Notes under the pieces: generated by a model
The model's database searches: none
What the model saw: only the letters and a program-made list of their open reading frames with translations
What the model was told of the DNA's origin: nothing
Shown: one piece after another, positions 62,092 through 64,000 of the stretch
Position numbering within the stretch: the stretch's first letter is position 1
How the letters are laid out: each line of letters opens with the position of its first letter
From: Octopus vulgaris
Taxonomy: Eukaryota
Direction of reading: 5' to 3'
Length of the DNA stretch: 64,000 nt
Assembly: GCA_951406725.2 (NCBI GenBank)
Contig: OX597822.1
Span: 9,486,001-9,550,000 of the forward strand
Translations under genes and position numbers: made by a program

Positions 62092-63603
62092 TAGGCGTAT
62101 AGATATAAATAAGGGTGATGTCATTAACGATAACAATGGCAGTAGTGAGGTGAGCGCAACTCGGCTCATTAGGGTAGAGAGTCCCAATAGCAACTCCAGC
62201 ATCGTTTCCGGCAATAGCAGGACCACGGACACTAGCAATTACAGCACTCTGAGTGATAGTGAAGAATCAGGGGTTATTCCGTTAGTTAATAGTGACTTAG
62301 TGGAAAATAAAGTAGTAAGCGGCTGCAGTTCTCGCAATCAATATAGTAACAGTAACGCAGTTCTAATTTCAGAAACTAATCCTAATAGAATAAGGTTCAT
62401 GTCGAGGAACTCCAAGATCAGAAATGCCGTTTACCAATGCAAGGTTTACCCGGACTCAGATGTCTACTCATATGTCGGGGCCTCATCGTCAAGATTGGCC
62501 TTACGAATCTCCAACCATTACGCAACTTTTCGCGACATGAATAAATACCAAGCCACGGGACTTAGCAAGCTAATATGGCGATTGAAGAATACGAACTCAA
62601 GCTACAGGCTGGAATGGTCAATTTTGTCGGTGGCCCTCCCATTTGATAGGAGCAAAAGGAAGTGCAACCTTTGTGTTTCTGAGCTTTTCCATATATTGTT
62701 CGCCAGAGACCGGATGGTAAACGGACTTTTACAGTCGGCTTTTCGATGCCCCCATTGGCGGCGTTATACTTATCTTGCTTATAAATGACGCTTATAAATG
62801 ATACCTGCACCCGGTTACCCTACTTATATGAAAATAGCCCTTGGAAATAATTTTTTGAAATAGCTTTTTAAGAGAGATATGATTAACCCTTGCAAGGGGA
62901 ATTACTCCCATTAAGCGAATGGTGTTTTGTTTTGACGACGTGAGGTTTCTTTTGACAAAGCATGATTAGACGAACACACGAACACATAAAATATTTTCTG
63001 CCGCCTGACGGATTTTTCAGCAGTGACCATTGTGTAGCGCTTTTTACCAACTTACGGCCGCGCGATTAAACGAACACACGAACACATAAAATATTTTCTG
63101 CCGCCTGACGGATTTTTCAGCAGTGACCATTGTGTAACGCTTTTCACCAACTTATGGCCGCGCACATATAGAACAGTTCACACACACATGTTTCTAAGTA
63201 GATTTTGTCTCGCCCCATATAATACACCTAATATTCTTAAAATAGTCAGAACCTTAGTCTCGGTCACAAAGAACATATACGCACCCCGTGCTCTCACCCA
63301 CCGGATTGACCGCTGCCTGACCTGTAAATATCTTCAACGCACCCACCACCCGATTTCAACATACATTGATAAACAGTTTGGCCATGGGCTCTTAGGAGCC
63401 TCCTCGTTCGATTTGTTTTGCTGCGCCTCTGTTCTGTTTTTGTTCTGCCAACGGAATTCCTATTTCTTCCTGAAGAGAAAGACACAATATGGTCTCCTTA
63501 TTCAATCGGAATTTGGTAAATTGTGGCTTTCGAAACACGTGTAGAATGCAATAAAATGATTTCTGTTCAATCTTCGGTCAACTCCATTTCTTCAATTCAC
63601 TAA
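62092..63603 (+). mobile_element. Penelope-like element fragment: GIY-YIG nuclease (to 62788) + pLTR with hammerhead
   Basis: NAVYQCKV...SYVG...R.SNH...T.LSK.IW.LK....EWSIL...KCNLCVSE...RCPH; 100-bp tandem duplication 62964-63163; (TA)n on both sides. Confidence 0.75.
63465..63548 (+). ncRNA. Type I hammerhead ribozyme
   Basis: ttc-CTGAAGA-[gaaagacacaa...ttgtggctttc]-GAAA-CACGTG-TA-gaa; palindromic stem III ACACGTGT; GUA triplet. Confidence 0.72.
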
Positions 63604-63766
63604 TAATATATGTATATATATATATATATATGTATGTATATATATATATGTGATATATATATATATATATACATATACGTATATATATATATATATATTT
63701 ATATATACGTATATATATATATATATATTATATATACGTATATATATATATATATTTATATATACG

Positions 63767-63822
<56 letters not shown>

Positions 63823-63907
63823 CGTATATATATATATATATATATATACGTATATATATATATATATTATATATACGTATATATATATATATATATTTAT
63901 ATATACG

Positions 63908-64000
<93 letters not shown>
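63604..64000. repeat. (TA)n-rich microsatellite with tttatatatacg higher-order units
   Basis: Seen directly. Confidence 0.95.

Overview
This is AT-rich animal genomic DNA made almost entirely of transposable elements and (TA)n microsatellites. No intact host gene is recognisable. The SINE families and a HTGEKP-CDICGKS C2H2 zinc-finger remnant suggest a cephalopod, probably Octopus (inference). Contents include three tRNA-derived SINE families, several CR1/L2-group LINEs with an unusual Myb/SANT-like plus CCCH ORF1, RTE LINEs (one with an open ~1070-codon frame), Penelope-like elements and an ORF1-only Tx1/L1-like element. There are also a Gypsy fragment and hAT, piggyBac, mariner/Tc1 and Crypton-like DNA transposons. 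Main finding: a 1.6-kb parvovirus NS1/Rep gene (HUH + SF3 helicase) with a poly(A) signal and A-tail sits inside LINE ORF1 between 67-bp direct repeats. It is fused in frame to four CCCH zinc fingers and broken only by a 7-bp duplication. Six type I hammerhead-ribozyme motifs occur in Penelope-like or retrozyme-like repeats near (TA)n tracts. Two SINE/LINE shared 3' tails are also visible. All calls come from reading motifs by eye; no database searches were run.
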